Shown: positions 1 through 11,821, counted from the whole stretch's first letter. The stretch is 61,431 bases of DNA, filler included, from Squatina squatina (GCA_031763465.1; 4 parts of 3 records of this genome joined end to end with filler, not necessarily neighbours in it); one strand, 5' to 3'. A program made the numbers and translations. The notes: generated by a model from the letters alone, not told the origin.

Positions 1-59
1 CCCACAAAAAAAATCTAGCCCATAATCACTATGGTACCGTATCCTTATAGATAAGCACT

Positions 60-860
60 GAAATCCTGGTCCACTTCTCATTTAAATGTTTAGATATAGG
101 CAAACAATGAATTATATTAAAGTTTGCTGTTCATACCAAATTATGGAGCTTGGAAACTGAGGTACTTCACAAAAGATTGTAGGAGGACATTAACAAATTA
201 AAAGAGTGGGCAGATAGGTTCATAGCAGTTCAATGCGAAGAAACATCAAGGGGCACATTTGGGAAATAGAAAAGTGAAAGGAAGTACCCCAAATGATAAG
301 AAATTAATAGAGTTGAGGAACAGAAAGATTTGGGGAGGCAGACTTATGGCTAGTTAAAGCGCAGATTGAAAAAGCCATTAAAAAAGCAAATAAGATCGAT
401 CTATGTTTTGTACATAAAAGATCGATCTAGGTGTTGAATAGTAAAGATAGGAAATCATCTTGAATTTGTATTAGGTCACTTTTGGAAGAATGCAAGCAGT
501 TTTGGATATCCCATTATAGAAAGGATAGTGGATCCACAGAAAGCATACAGCAATAGTTCATTAGAATGATACCAGGAATGATAGTTATGAAGAAAGACTG
601 AACAGAGAAACTTAAAGATGGATTTTAAAATAGATTTATAAATTATGGAACGTTTTGAGAGTGTGAAGAGTGATATATTTTGTCCAGTACTGGTGAATTT
701 GTAACAAGGGGGAATAAATCAGGATTATTACTAGAAGAAAAAAAAGTGAGAGGGGAGGGGGAAGAGTTATGAGCAGATTTTGTCACAAATGTTTCTTGAA
801 ACATGCTATGCTGTAACACTAATAGCTATTGAGGCAGAATCTATAGCATGATTTAAAATT
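60..860 (+). mobile_element. Decayed CR1-type LINE, C-terminal RT region and 3' part
   Basis: Degenerate CR1 ORF2 motifs (KFA..TKL, EDINKLKEWADR, QFNAKK, RMIPGM) with many stops and indels; boundaries approximate. Confidence 0.7.
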
Positions 861-909
861 GAATTGGTTACTACAAAAAGGATTTTAAATATATATTTTT
901 GTATTTCAG

Positions 910-1301
910 GGAATACAAGGGAACCAAATTTTATCTCAAAGAAACGAGTGGCATACTACAGACCTCAAGTTTCACAATCTTTTCACTGGGACTGCAGCAG
1001 TGATTCCGAAAGCAAATTTCATGAACCGATACCCAAAGTACCTGAACTCGTGAAATCACAGACTTGTGTTTTCAATAAAAGAGTGACTGAGAAGGCTCAA
1101 GAGACCCAAGAAGAATGCAAAACTCCTAATGCTCCTCGAAAAGCTAAATTTCCGAGATCACGGTCTGCGGACTGCCGTTTGCACTCGGCGTTAGAACCAT
1201 CAGTGGCCAAAGTCAAGCAGTTGGCTGCAGATGCGCAGAAAGAAAAGGAAGACAACCTGGCTTCAAGAAAAGAAGGTGCAGATAAGGCAGTTGATAATGG
1301 T
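910..1301 (+). CDS. MDM1: MDM1 (centriolar/nuclear microtubule-binding protein) internal coding exon
   Basis: tttcag| acceptor and GGT|gtaagt donor. Peptide GNTREPNFISKKRVAYYRPQVSQSFHW...RSRSADCR...AVDNG matches recalled human MDM1 GITKEPSFISKRRVPYHDPQISKSLEW...RSHSADSR...ENVDNG. Lies next to IFNG, as in other vertebrates. Confidence 0.88.
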
Positions 1302-3078
1302 GTAAGTAGGAACAATGATTATTAAAGTGACATACTACTGGTTTTTGGTCCTCTTGTGTAGACTATATTTAATAATTGCCAAAATGAAATATCAACACTT
1401 GCAATCACACTGGTCTTTCTGAAAATTTCAAGAGCAATGGTCAAATATATTGAATTAATTTTTACAATTTAAAAAATCAGAATTAATACTATAATATCTT
1501 GATGGAACTTGGTTTCATTTACCAGCTTAATAAAAAGTTAAATTCTTTTAAAGTAACTGTACATCTTTATTAAAGATGGTTAGTGGTAGATTTGCTAATA
1601 TTATGATTCTTCCACCCGTTAGATGGTCAGTGCTGCCATTTTGCATGTGGCCAGGTTTAGCAACCTGGCTTTACACACCTGCCCACCATTAACCTGACCC
1701 TATTTCTACTTTTGGGGTTCAAAAATGTGCTTGTTCAGTGGGAGGCAGGATGGCTAGATTGTGCTGTATGATTCTAAGTAACGGACAGCTGTAGAACACT
1801 ATAGTTGCTGAGGCACCTGAAGACAATGATTGATGGGAACCGACCAAAAATAATTAGCCTTACCCACTGTGGTTTGTGATTGGCTGGTACCCATGAACTG
1901 TGAATTATATTTTAAAGGTACACAGCTTCAATAAAGAATTTTTGGTTAACTTTTTGTACCTGCATAATGTGACTATCTAAATTGTTTTGAAATGCAACAT
2001 CATACCACTAGCAAATGATGCCAAAGCAATGGAAATGCAAACTTCTCCAGCGCGCNNNNNNNNNNNNNNNNNNNNNNNNNNNNNNNNNNNNNNNNNNNNN
2101 NNNNNNNNNNNNNNNNNNNNNNNNNNNNNNNNNNNNNNNNNNNNNNNNNNNNNNNAATAGTTTCTTAAGGGTACATTCTCTAAACGAATAATATTTATTT
2201 CTGATATTTATTGTGTATAATTGTATACACATCATCGTATTTACTTACAGTAAGTTATGAGTAGCAATCAGCATTGCTAATGGACACTTGTAATATTACA
2301 TTGTTATACGTGTTGGGCAGAAAGTCGAAGATTGCGTCTTTAAAACTTTAAATAAAATACTTGTAATAAAACAGGATACATAATGAGTTCATTCTTTGTC
2401 AGTTATGTGGTGGAACTGTTTTCTGCAGAAAATGCTCTCTATGCGGCAAAATATGGCCTGTGAAGCGTTATGGTTTTTGTTGCAAGCTCAAAACTCGTTT
2501 CTATAAAGAACAGTTTATTTGCAAATAATAGGAAATAATCACTGCAAGGAATAAACTGGAATACAATTTTCTCTCTTAAAATTGGCAGGCACTATGATAC
2601 TGAAATCCGGTTGAGTTTAGAAAAAATCCCATTTTTTTTGTATTTGATAAGTTTGATGGCGATTATCCGCGAAGACACCTAGGTTGTGTCAAACACAGGC
2701 TAACAAGGTGAGAAAAGGCATCATGTCTTCTCCGTTAAACCTAGCCGATGAAGACATGTATAAAGCGAATGGCTTAAACTGCTTTGAAATGTCTTTAACA
2801 AATTCCAATCTTTCAATCTAAACGTGACAGGCGTCTTTAGAGAATGATTCCTTCCTGTGTTTATCATTTGTAATAATTTAAAAAAAAACCCAGAAGAGCC
2901 AGTTAATCAGAAACTGTAAAAGTACCAGACATGTTTTGTTGTAGTTTGATTATATTAAAGCATATCTTCTGCCATCCACAACACAAATAACGATAATCAG
3001 ATTTTATCAAACGCTTGTCTCACATGGGATTTCCGAAACCGAGATAGTGATGTTGTCACCATATACATTATATAAACT

Positions 3079-3100
3079 CACACACACACACACACATACA
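3079..3100. repeat. (CA)n microsatellite
   Basis: Directly visible CA run. Confidence 0.85.
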
Positions 3101-3502
3101 AACGCGTTGGAAACGTTCTTGATACGATGCCACAGATAAAGCTCGGTTGGGTCAGAGAGTTTCGCTAAAGTCACAGGCCGGATAAACATTCCAACACTGA
3201 TGTTGTACAATAAATAATGGAAACGCAGTTGGACTTCGCGTTTTCAGGTCATACAACACACAGAAACCACAAAGACCCCAATAGGATGAACTTATGCTCA
3301 TTCATGTGTGCGAAAGGAAGGCGGGACACTGAAAGCAGATGGGAAGGTTTATTGTGATTACATAATAGAGTGCATTTTAAAGGACACCAGTTTCATTATG
3401 AAGTGTTGGGCAAACCTTTTTTGTATTTAGTAACACAAAAGTCTAAATCGTGCAGGTACACAGTCCTTCCATTACTTGTGCAATGTCAACATGACCAAGA
3501 TG

Positions 3503-3670
3503 ATAGAAACAGAAAATAGGAGCAGGAGTAGGCCATTCGGCCCTTCAGACCTGCTCCACCATTCAATATGATCATGGCTGATCTAACTCAGTACCATGTT
3601 CCCGCTTTCTCCCCATATCCCTTGATACCTTTAGTATCAAGAAATATATCTATCTCCTTCTTGAATATAT
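3503..3670 (-). mobile_element. 3' end of shark CR1/HER1-type LINE (tail shared with HE1-type SINE)
   Basis: Reverse complement of GAATGGCCTACTCCTGCTCCTATT tail; same motif at ~20815, ~24065, ~38360 and ~47030. Confidence 0.8.
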
Positions 3671-3770
3671 NNNNNNNNNNNNNNNNNNNNNNNNNNNNNN
3701 NNNNNNNNNNNNNNNNNNNNNNNNNNNNNNNNNNNNNNNNNNNNNNNNNNNNNNNNNNNNNNNNNNNNNN

Positions 3771-4857
3771 CTGAATATTTTGCTTTGTGCTACACAATTA
3801 GAATATGGTACTAAATAAATCTGAACTGAATGTGGTACTAAATACAATGGAATTGGAATATGGTACTAAATAATCACAACAGAATCAGAAAATGGTACTC
3901 AATACAACAGAATCAGAAAATGGCAATGAATACAACAAACTCAGAATATTGTGCTATTTAAAACAGTTTCAAAATACAGTACTAAACACTCACAACGGAA
4001 TCGGAATATTGCACTAAGTACAACAGAATCAGAATATGGTGCTCAGTACAACAGCACATGAGTATGATACTAAATACTCAAAACTGAATCAGAATATGGT
4101 ACTAAATACAACAGAATCAGAATATCGGTGTATTTACAACAGAATTGGAATATGGTACTAAATAAAACATAATCAGAAGATGGTACTAAATAAAACAGAA
4201 TTGAATGTGGTGCTAAATGCAACAGAATTGGAATATGGTACTATGTACAAACCAGAATATGGTGCAAGTACAACAGAATCAGGATACGGTCTCAAATACT
4301 CACAACAGAACCATAATATGGTACTAAATGCGACAGAATCAGAATATGGTACTAAATACTCAAAAGAGAATCAGGATGTGGTACTAAGTAATGACAATAG
4401 AATCGGAATATGGTACTAAATACAACAGAATCAGAATATTGCATTAAATACAACATCATCAGAATATGGCACTATATATAAATACTGACAAAACAATCAG
4501 AATATTGTACAAAATACAACAGAATCAGAATACAGTACAAAATACTCACCACAAAATCAAAATATGGTACTAAATAATGCAGAAACAGAATATGGTACTA
4601 AATACAACACTATCAGTGCAGAGTACAGAATACAACACAATCAGAGTATGGTACTAAATGCTCACAGCAGAATCGGAATGTGGTACTAAATACAACAGAA
4701 TCAGAATATGCCACTAAATACTCAAGACACAATCAGATTATGACAATCAAAGCAACAGAATCGGAATACAGTACAAAGTACAACAGAATCAAAATAGAAT
4801 GAGGAATATGGCACGAAATACAATAGAATCAGAATATGATCCTTAAAGCAACAGAAT
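3771..4857. repeat. Degenerate minisatellite, 28-bp unit (AATACAACAGAATCAGAATATGGTACTA) with interspersed 33-bp variants
   Basis: More than 30 head-to-tail imperfect copies, no unique spacers. Confidence 0.92.
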
Positions 4858-4959
4858 CTTTTTTCTGACCAGTACCTAACTCAGCAGATACGTTATCACC
4901 AAGGCTAGCTGAATCGAGTTTATTAAATTTCAAATGTGGATTAGATTACAGATGGCTCG

Positions 4960-5210
4960 TTATGTGGTGATGAATTGAAAATAGTGTAATGCTGGTGACC
5001 TCGGGCCCCATTGAAAATTAAACGTGGTCTTCTGAAGAACCTCTGATGTGGCGATGAATTGAAAACCTCACATTTCTTGGAAGCATGAAGCAGTTGAACA
5101 GTTCCAGTAAGTTTGCAGGTGAGACACGTCACAGACTCAAAAGGCAGATTTTTTTCAAAAAGTGAAATCGTAAGCACATAAAACACCAACAGACTGGATT
5201 ACATGGAAAG
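4960..5210. promoter_or_regulatory. Candidate IFNG upstream enhancer (motif cluster)
   Basis: RUNX TGTGGT (4963), GAS TTCTTGGAA (5074-5082), GAS-like TTCCAGTAA (5102-5110), T-box-like AGGTGAGA (5117-5124), CRE-like CACGTCA (5125-5131), IRF-like AAAAGTGAAA (5158-5167), NFAT TGGAAA (5204-5209). Motif matches only. Confidence 0.35.
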
Positions 5211-5750
5211 TTTTGTTTCACCTCATAAAGAAAACAAAAATCTGTGAACAAGGCATTTTAGAAACAGTTGTTAACTGCACTTGAGTCTGAAAGCAGGAAA
5301 GAGCAGCATTGGTATGATGCGAGTTCGGGTTTCTTCACTGCGCTGTTCTTGCTCAAAGTTTGCTTTTCTTACTGTGCAAAGAAAGATTCAAATAGACAAA
5401 GAATATGCTTCANNNNNNNNNNNNNNNNNNNNNNNNNNNNNNNNNNNNNNNNNNNNNNNNNNNNNNNNNNNNNNNNNNNNNNNNNNNNNNNNNNNNNNNN
5501 NNNNNNNNNNNNCGAAGGATCCCTGAAAACTCAGCAGGGCAGACAGCTCAGGATCTACGTAATCTGCATGGGCGATGTGTCAACTTGTCGCTTCGTTTGA
5601 AGGAAATTATTAATTGAAACCTCATAAACCAAACCTCAGGGCTACACCAACGTTCGTCCCATCCTATCTAACACCATCTGAGCTTCAATGAATTGCAAAG
5701 CAAGTGTGAGGCGGGTATTTTTGACAAGCCAAAAATGAACAAGTGGCAGG

Positions 5751-5758
5751 TATAAATA
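5751..5758 (+). promoter_or_regulatory. IFNG: TATA box of IFNG
   Basis: GGTATAAATAC about 120 nt upstream of the signal-peptide ATG; T-box-like AAGTGTGA at 5702-5709. Confidence 0.7.
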
Positions 5759-5869
5759 CAAGAGGGAGCAATGCTTGGCATCAGTCCTACTCGAGCCAGA
5801 TCTGAGCAAACACACGGACACATAACAGTGACTTTGTTCGATTTCAGACAGTTTGATCTTCTCGAATCC

Positions 5870-5986
5870 ATGATGCTTTTGACATATTTCATCATTGGGA
5901 TGGCCAGTAGTGTATTAGCAGACTCTACAAATTCTAGGCTTCTAAATGCACTGACTGTTCCACTCGAAGATCTGAAGGAATACTTT
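5870..5986 (+). CDS. IFNG: Interferon-gamma exon 1 (signal peptide plus helix A)
   Basis: MMLLTYFIIGMASSVLADSTNSRLLNALTVPLEDLKEYF followed by phase-0 donor gtaagt; recalled human IFNG exon 1 ends EAENLKKYF at a phase-0 intron. Confidence 0.82.
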
Positions 5987-6693
5987 GTAAGTACTGATAT
6001 TAATGTTTAATACTTTGAACTGCCATGCCATTAATAATGTTACATTTGATGCAGTGTAGAATGATTATTCATGTTANNNNNNNNNNNNNNNNNNNNNNNN
6101 NNNNNNNNNNNNNNNNNNNNNNNNNNNNNNNNNNNNNNNNNNNNNNNNNNNNNNNNNNNNNNNNNNNNNNNNNNNNNNNNNNNNNNNNNNNNNNNNNNNN
6201 NNNNNNNNNNNNNNNNNNNNNNNNNNNNNNNNNNNNNNNNNNNNNNNNNNNNNNNNNNNNNNNNNNNNNNNNNNNNNNNNNNNNNNNNNNNNNNNNNNNN
6301 NNNNNNNNNNNNNNNNNNNNNNNNNNNNNNNNNNNNNNNNNNNNNNNNNNNNNNNNNNNNNNNNNNNNNNNNNNNNNNNNNNNNNNNNNNNNNNNNNNNN
6401 NNNNNNNNNNNNNNNNNNNNNNNNNNNNNNNNNNNNNNNNNNNNNNNNNNNNNNNNNNNNNNNNNNNNNNNNNNNNNNNNNNNNNNNNNNNNNNNNNNNN
6501 NNNNNNNNNNNNNNNNNNNNNNNNNNNNNNNNNNNNNNNNNNNNNNNNNNNNNNNNNNNNNNNNNNNNNNNNNNNNNNNNNNNNNNNNNNNNNNNNNNNN
6601 NNNNNNNNNNNNNNNNNNNNNNNNNNNNNNNNNNNNNNNNNNNNNNNNNNNNNNNNNNNNNNNNNNNNTTACGTTTATGTTTATTTTTAACAG

Positions 6694-6813
6694 TGGTCGG
6701 ATCAATTGGTTCAGCGCAAAGCAATCCTTGAACTCGAAACATTTCTGAGGGAAATGCAAATGTCTGGGAAAAGAAGGCGCAAGAGGAACATGGGAAGGAG
6801 GCAGAGGACTTAA
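6694..6813 (+). CDS. IFNG: Interferon-gamma last coding exon (exon 4)
   Basis: ttttaacag| acceptor, then WSDQLVQRKAILELETFLREMQMSGKRRRKRNMGRRQRT*. Contains the IFN-gamma [IV]QRKAxxEL signature and the basic C-terminal tail. Exons 2-3 presumably lie in the N gap 6077-6668. Confidence 0.92.
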   Translation, partial: WSDQLVQRKAILELETFLREMQMSGKRRRKRNMGRRQRT

Positions 6814-7298
6814 AGATTATTTTACTGTAATTGTTGAATAATGCAATATTTATGTCTGTAACAAGTCAAAAGTTAAGATATTTATTTCATATTTAATAAT
6901 TTATATTTGCTGTAATGACAAGTTTACCACAATTAACCTTATTAGTTGCTCTCTTGTGTCAGTAGACTTTGACTATTTATTAGGTAATCACGGAATTCCA
7001 TATATGAATTAAGGTGAAACTTTTACTGACCTACATACCATTCCAATTTGGTAATCATTTTTAGAATTTTATTTTTACTTTTGATCAAACACCTTAAACT
7101 AGATGGTTCGCATACTCTAAAACTTGACATGTTTGAGAACAGGTAGAATCTACCTGTTATGTCTGAGCAGAATATCATTAACCCTGGAACAATAATTATG
7201 CTTCTTTCCATTAAACAAAANNNNNNNNNAATTGTTTGCAAATACATAAGTCTAAACTGTAAAAGTTTTGTCTGAAGAGACACAAGGAGCAAAATAAA
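6814..7298 (+). promoter_or_regulatory. IFNG: IFNG 3'UTR with AU-rich elements and candidate polyA signal
   Basis: Clustered ATTTA pentamers at ~6848-6905; AATAAA at 7293-7298, another at 7375-7380. Confidence 0.6.
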
Positions 7299-7643
7299 TG
7301 CTTTTTTTTAAAAAAAGAACATTTGAAATCTACTTTTGTCAGATCTGTGTCTGTATTGTATTATTAATGAACAGAATAAAATATATACATTTATTTTATA
7401 TTTTGAGTTTCTATCTCTATGCAAAGCATGTGTTAACTTCAATCAATCTCTCCTAAATAAGTATAATCAAAACCTGATCTTCTGACCATCAAGCTAAATT
7501 GCCAGATTAAATGACATTGGACCTTGCTAATCAGAAATGTTTCAATATATGGATAAGTGGACAGAAGAATGAACCTCAATGGATGTAAATACTGATTGAT
7601 ATGGGCTAAAAGCAACTCTGTAAGATATGACAGAAGAATTTAC

Positions 7644-7759
7644 CTTACGGAATAATAACTGAAAATCAATTAAGTCTTCACTCCGGAGTAATGCAAAAGC
7701 CTTCAGTGAAATTTGCCATAATGTTACCAGAATCATGGACATCAATGCATGGATGCAGC
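7644..7759 (-). other. Possible exon of unknown gene or antisense transcript
   Basis: ttacttcag| acceptor, AAG|gtaaat donor, one open frame (GCIHALMSMILVTLWQISLKAFALLRSEDLIDFQLLFRK); no homolog recognised. Confidence 0.25.
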
Positions 7760-7874
7760 CTGAAGTAAAGCATTNNNNNNNNNNNNNNNNNNNNNNNNNN
7801 NNNNNNNNNNNNNNNNNNNNNNNNNNNNNNNNNNNNNNNNNNNNNNNNNNNNNNNNNNNNNNNNNNNNNNNNNN

Positions 7875-7960
7875 AGCCGCCTTGAACCATCGCAGTCCAT
7901 GTGGTGAAGGTACTCCTAGAGCCCTATTGGGTAGGGAGTTCCAGGATTTTGACCCAGAGC
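7875..7960 (-). mobile_element. Fragment of shark LINE/SINE 3' end
   Basis: Minus strand encodes SKSWNSLP, a typical CR1-clade C-terminal motif. Confidence 0.55.
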
Positions 7961-8394
7961 AGGCTTGCGAGACCGTTGAAACTCCACAGCATGTGGGGAA
8001 ATCTGGACATCTGGGTTGGTTGTTTGAATTTTTTTTTGACATTCGATACCAAAGAGGCTTCTAGTTTTGTTTTTTTTCTATACCTTTTTTATAGCCCAGT
8101 GACTTGGCATATTTAGTGTCATGTTATAGCCAGGGAGGTTTAGGTTTTAAATATAGTTTCACTGATATGGTTTTTAGCAGAAGGAAGGCCAAGCATCAGT
8201 AAGAATTTAAAAGTTGTGTTGAAGGCAGAGAGTAGAGCTTCTCTGCATGACGGATGGAAAATGGTTGTACTTTGCTGTTACATGACTAGCAACAACAGCA
8301 TTGGCAAATGAGTCTTGAAGGAATGTTCTTTTTGAGGATATGAGGAGTTCAGAAGCGGGGTTAAGGATGTGAAGCNNNNNNNNNNATATTTAAT

Positions 8395-8640
8395 AAATAA
8401 ACAGAAAATGCTGGAAATACTCACGGGTCAGGCAGCATCTCTGGAGAGAAGAATAGATTTAACGTTTCAAGTCGATGACCCTTTGTCAGAACTGGAACAA
8501 GTTAGAGATGTAACAGGTTTTTAAGCAAGTGTAGCGGCAGGGAAAAGGGGGAGGAAAGAACGAAAGGGAAGATCCGTGATAGGGTGGAAGGCAGAAGTGA
8601 TTAAGAAACAAAAGGGATGATGGTGCAAAGCAAAAGAAGC
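8395..8640 (-). mobile_element. Penelope-like element terminal repeat with degenerate hammerhead
   Basis: Reverse-complement similarity to 25488-25765; hammerhead core reads CUGACAA instead of CUGANGA. Confidence 0.75.
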
Positions 8641-8735
8641 AGTATTTAGTTGTGCTGCTCTGTTAAATGATCCAGTATATTGATTGGCAAATTTTTAATA
8701 CTGGCTTTACAATATTTCCTTTTACCGAACAACAG

Positions 8736-8879
8736 GCAATTGGAAATGCTAAAACTACAAGAAATGACAACAGTAGTCGTTTTGGAAAATACATAGAAAT
8801 CAGTTTTGATCACAGGTATCACATAATGGGAGCCAATATGAGAACATACCTGTTGGAGAAATCGAGAGTTGTGTTCCAG
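8736..8879 (+). CDS. MYO5B: Class V myosin motor-domain exon with switch I (most like MYO5B)
   Basis: cag| ... CAG|gtaaag, 144 nt, [48 protein letters not shown]. Class V is secure; the paralog (A/B/C) is less so. Confidence 0.8.
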
Positions 8880-9317
8880 GTAAAGAACGCATTTTTTTTT
8901 CTTCCACTCCCCCTCCCATGTTCAAAAGAAATCTATAAATTACCAACTGGCCTTGTTTTTGTCTAGTTAGCCTCTTTTCTACACTTACAAAACTGCAGTA
9001 TAAATTGAAAATGTGCTAAATACTGATTAATTCAGAGGCGGGATCTTCATGTAAAATTTATGGATATTAAAATTTTGTACTTGGGACTTATTAGATTAAA
9101 AGCAGTAGACCTATTAATAGACCAGCACATGTAAACATATTCCAGAATAACTTTTTTTTCCTTAATTAGTGATGGTGGTGATCACCCAAAGGGTTTTTAA
9201 ACTAGAATAGGGAAGATAGCACTGTATTAATCAGCTCTTAGCTCACGATTCCAGTGTAAAATGCTCTCTGCGAGGAATTGCAAATGTGAACCTGGACCTT
9301 ACATTCTCAGTGTTTTC

Positions 9318-9578
9318 ATAGAATCTTACCTCTGCTAGCTCTTTTGGAAAAAGCTATCCAATTTAGTCCCACACCCCAGCTTTCTCTCCATCCTGCAAAT
9401 TAGTTCTCTTTTGAAAGTTCCTATCTAATCTGATTATGCCACCCTTTTAGGTAGTGTGCTTCAGATCATCATAACCCTCTGAAATAATTTCTCCTCACTT
9501 CCCCTCTAGATCTTTTGCCAATTATTTTGACTGTGATCTCTGGTTACTGACCCACTTGCCAGCAGAAACCGTTTCTTC
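9318..9578 (-). mobile_element. Decayed CR1 LINE 3' fragment
   Basis: Similar to the minus-strand CR1 3' region at 53597-54085. Confidence 0.6.
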
Positions 9579-11622
9579 NNNNNNNNNNNNNNNNNNNNNN
9601 NNNNNNNNNNNNNNNNNNNNNNNNNNNNNNNNNNNNNNNNNNNNNNNNNNNNNNNNNNNNNNNNNNNNNNNNNNNNNNAACAACAACGTTTTTTTTATTT
9701 TTTAAACAAATATGACTCTCCACATTGCAGCATTTCTGTAAGGGTAAAGGGTCACCTTGGATTCTTCTGTAAGTTTTGGACTACCTAGAAAAGCATTGTA
9801 CCCACACGTAGCTTACGGGAAATGTCATCTGGTAGGCAATAAGTTTACCGTAAACACTCAGTCAATGTCACAGTTAAAGCTGACCACAGATTCTGGAAGG
9901 TTTATTTCTGCAGACACAGAAGAGACAGGAAGCAAGTACACATAGACTGAAGTGCACCACAATACTTCATTGTGTGATATTCATGGTATATACAAACTGG
10001 ACAAACTAATCAGCATTCTTAACATTCTGACAATACACTGTTAAACTTATTAAAATACACTAGTAGAAATCCTGTGTATTTTATGAAAAAAGCTCAAAGT
10101 CAAGATGAAAAGCAAATGCCCAAGACCGATACTTGTAATTGCCAGATTTAATTTTTTTGTAATGATTGACACAAGTACAAGACTGGTACCATTAGAAGCA
10201 CTGTGCATACTGGCTCCAGANNNNNNNNNNNNNNNNNNNNNNNNNNNNNNNNNNNNNNNNNNNNNNNNNNNNNNNNNNNNNNNNNNNNNNNNNNNNNNNN
10301 NNNNNNNNNNNNNNNNNNNNCTCAACCATATTATGGTCACTCTTGCCCAAGGGGCCTCGCACAACAAGACTGCTAACTAACCCTTCCTCATTACTCAGGT
10401 CTGCGACCCTTCGTCAGAGCTATTCTTTCCTTGCCTGGTTGTCCCCCGACAGTCTGCTACTGAAGTGTGTAGGTTGAACTGTCCCTTTAAAGGTTGTACT
10501 TTAATTTCCATGCACTCCAGTAGATTACACCAATTTTTCTTTGTCAAGGTGCTATACATAAAGTTGTCATTTTCAGTAAAAAAAATAGATTCTGGGCCCA
10601 TGAGTTTGTACAATAGTAAGAGAGAGCATTGATTAAAACATAAATAAGATATACACAACTCAGATACACTCTCATGCCTTCCAGTAGGATTTAATTCAGT
10701 TCCAAGAACAGGTGGTGACGCAGTCAAGACAGCAATGGACCAGGATTTGAAACTGTTCTCACTTCAGATTTCATAATTTTCCACTCATTTGAAGAGTTAG
10801 TGCTCACTAGCAAAGTTTATCTGTTTACAAGTTACAGCTTCTAACTTTCATCAGTGGCTAACTATCCTTGGTTTAAACATGCTTTGATGATCAATGCTTC
10901 ATGTATAAGTACACTATTTGTGATGATGAAACTCTGTGTGTGTGTGTGTATATAAAATATAATTTTTATAAATATATATACAATATATCAAAATTTAGGT
11001 TTGAATGCATCTTTGTAAAAACTTCAAAGTTATACTTCTTTATCTTCTTGCATTGATGACCCAAAACTGAAATTATTCACGTGAGTTAAGGGAAACAGTG
11101 ATGAGTCAGGTGAAGCTGAAGCTGAAACCATCTGAAGCAACTGACCACACTGAGACATGTACTCATAAACCAGAATGCGGAAAACAACCTGCCAAGCCTC
11201 ACAAAACATGTAAAACATAAGAATTTCCCAAAACTTGCTTCTGAAGAAAAACCACGAGGTGTTTCTGAAGGTGATAGAATTTTCATTGTGGTTGAAATTA
11301 GCTTTTTATTTTTCCATCCACAAAAAATGATTGGCGGAGTCTCAGGCTGCATAAAGGAGGAGGCTATTAGAAATGAAGACCAACCAGTTAAAAGTGAGAT
11401 CAGAATAAAATGTCTATGAATGAAATGAATTTCCCAGAGTGATTTTTTCCCTTATTGGCCCTGAGTTTTTTCTCCATTTTTGCCTCTCCCAGGGGTTACA
11501 TGGCAGCAGGGAGAGAGGGGGNNNNNNNNNNNNNNNNNNNNNNNNNNNNNNNNNNNNNNNNNNNNNNNNNNNNNNNNNNNNNNNNNNNNNNNNNNNNNNN
11601 NNNNNNNNNNNNNNNNNNNNNT

Positions 11623-11821
11623 CACCCAAAAGGCTATGGATGTTGGGTCAATTGGATCTTTCAAGACTGGGATTGAGAGATTTTGGTTAAGTAAGGGTAT
11701 CAAGGAACATGGAGCAAAGGTGCATAAATGGGGTTAATGTACAGATCAGCCATGATCTAACTGAATGGCGGAACAAGTTCAAGGGACTGAATGGCCTACT
11801 CCTGTTTCTAATGTTCCTATG
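11623..11821 (+). mobile_element. CR1 LINE 3' end
   Basis: FK..I..F...KGIK.G C-terminal peptide followed by GAATGGCCTACTCCTG tail. Confidence 0.8.

Noticed and set aside
3771-4857. CRISPR array or repetitive protein (ORF 4180-4419)
   Set aside because: Units are head-to-tail with no unique spacers, there are no cas genes, the context is vertebrate, and unit lengths break the frame.
5353-5371. Minus-strand mini terminal exon ending KKSKL* (peroxisomal PTS1-like)
   Set aside because: Too short to distinguish from chance, with no upstream exons.
5771-5869. N-terminal extension of IFN-gamma from the ATG at 5771
   Set aside because: That ATG is only about 20 nt after the TATA start, probably upstream of the transcription start; 5870 gives a normal signal peptide.
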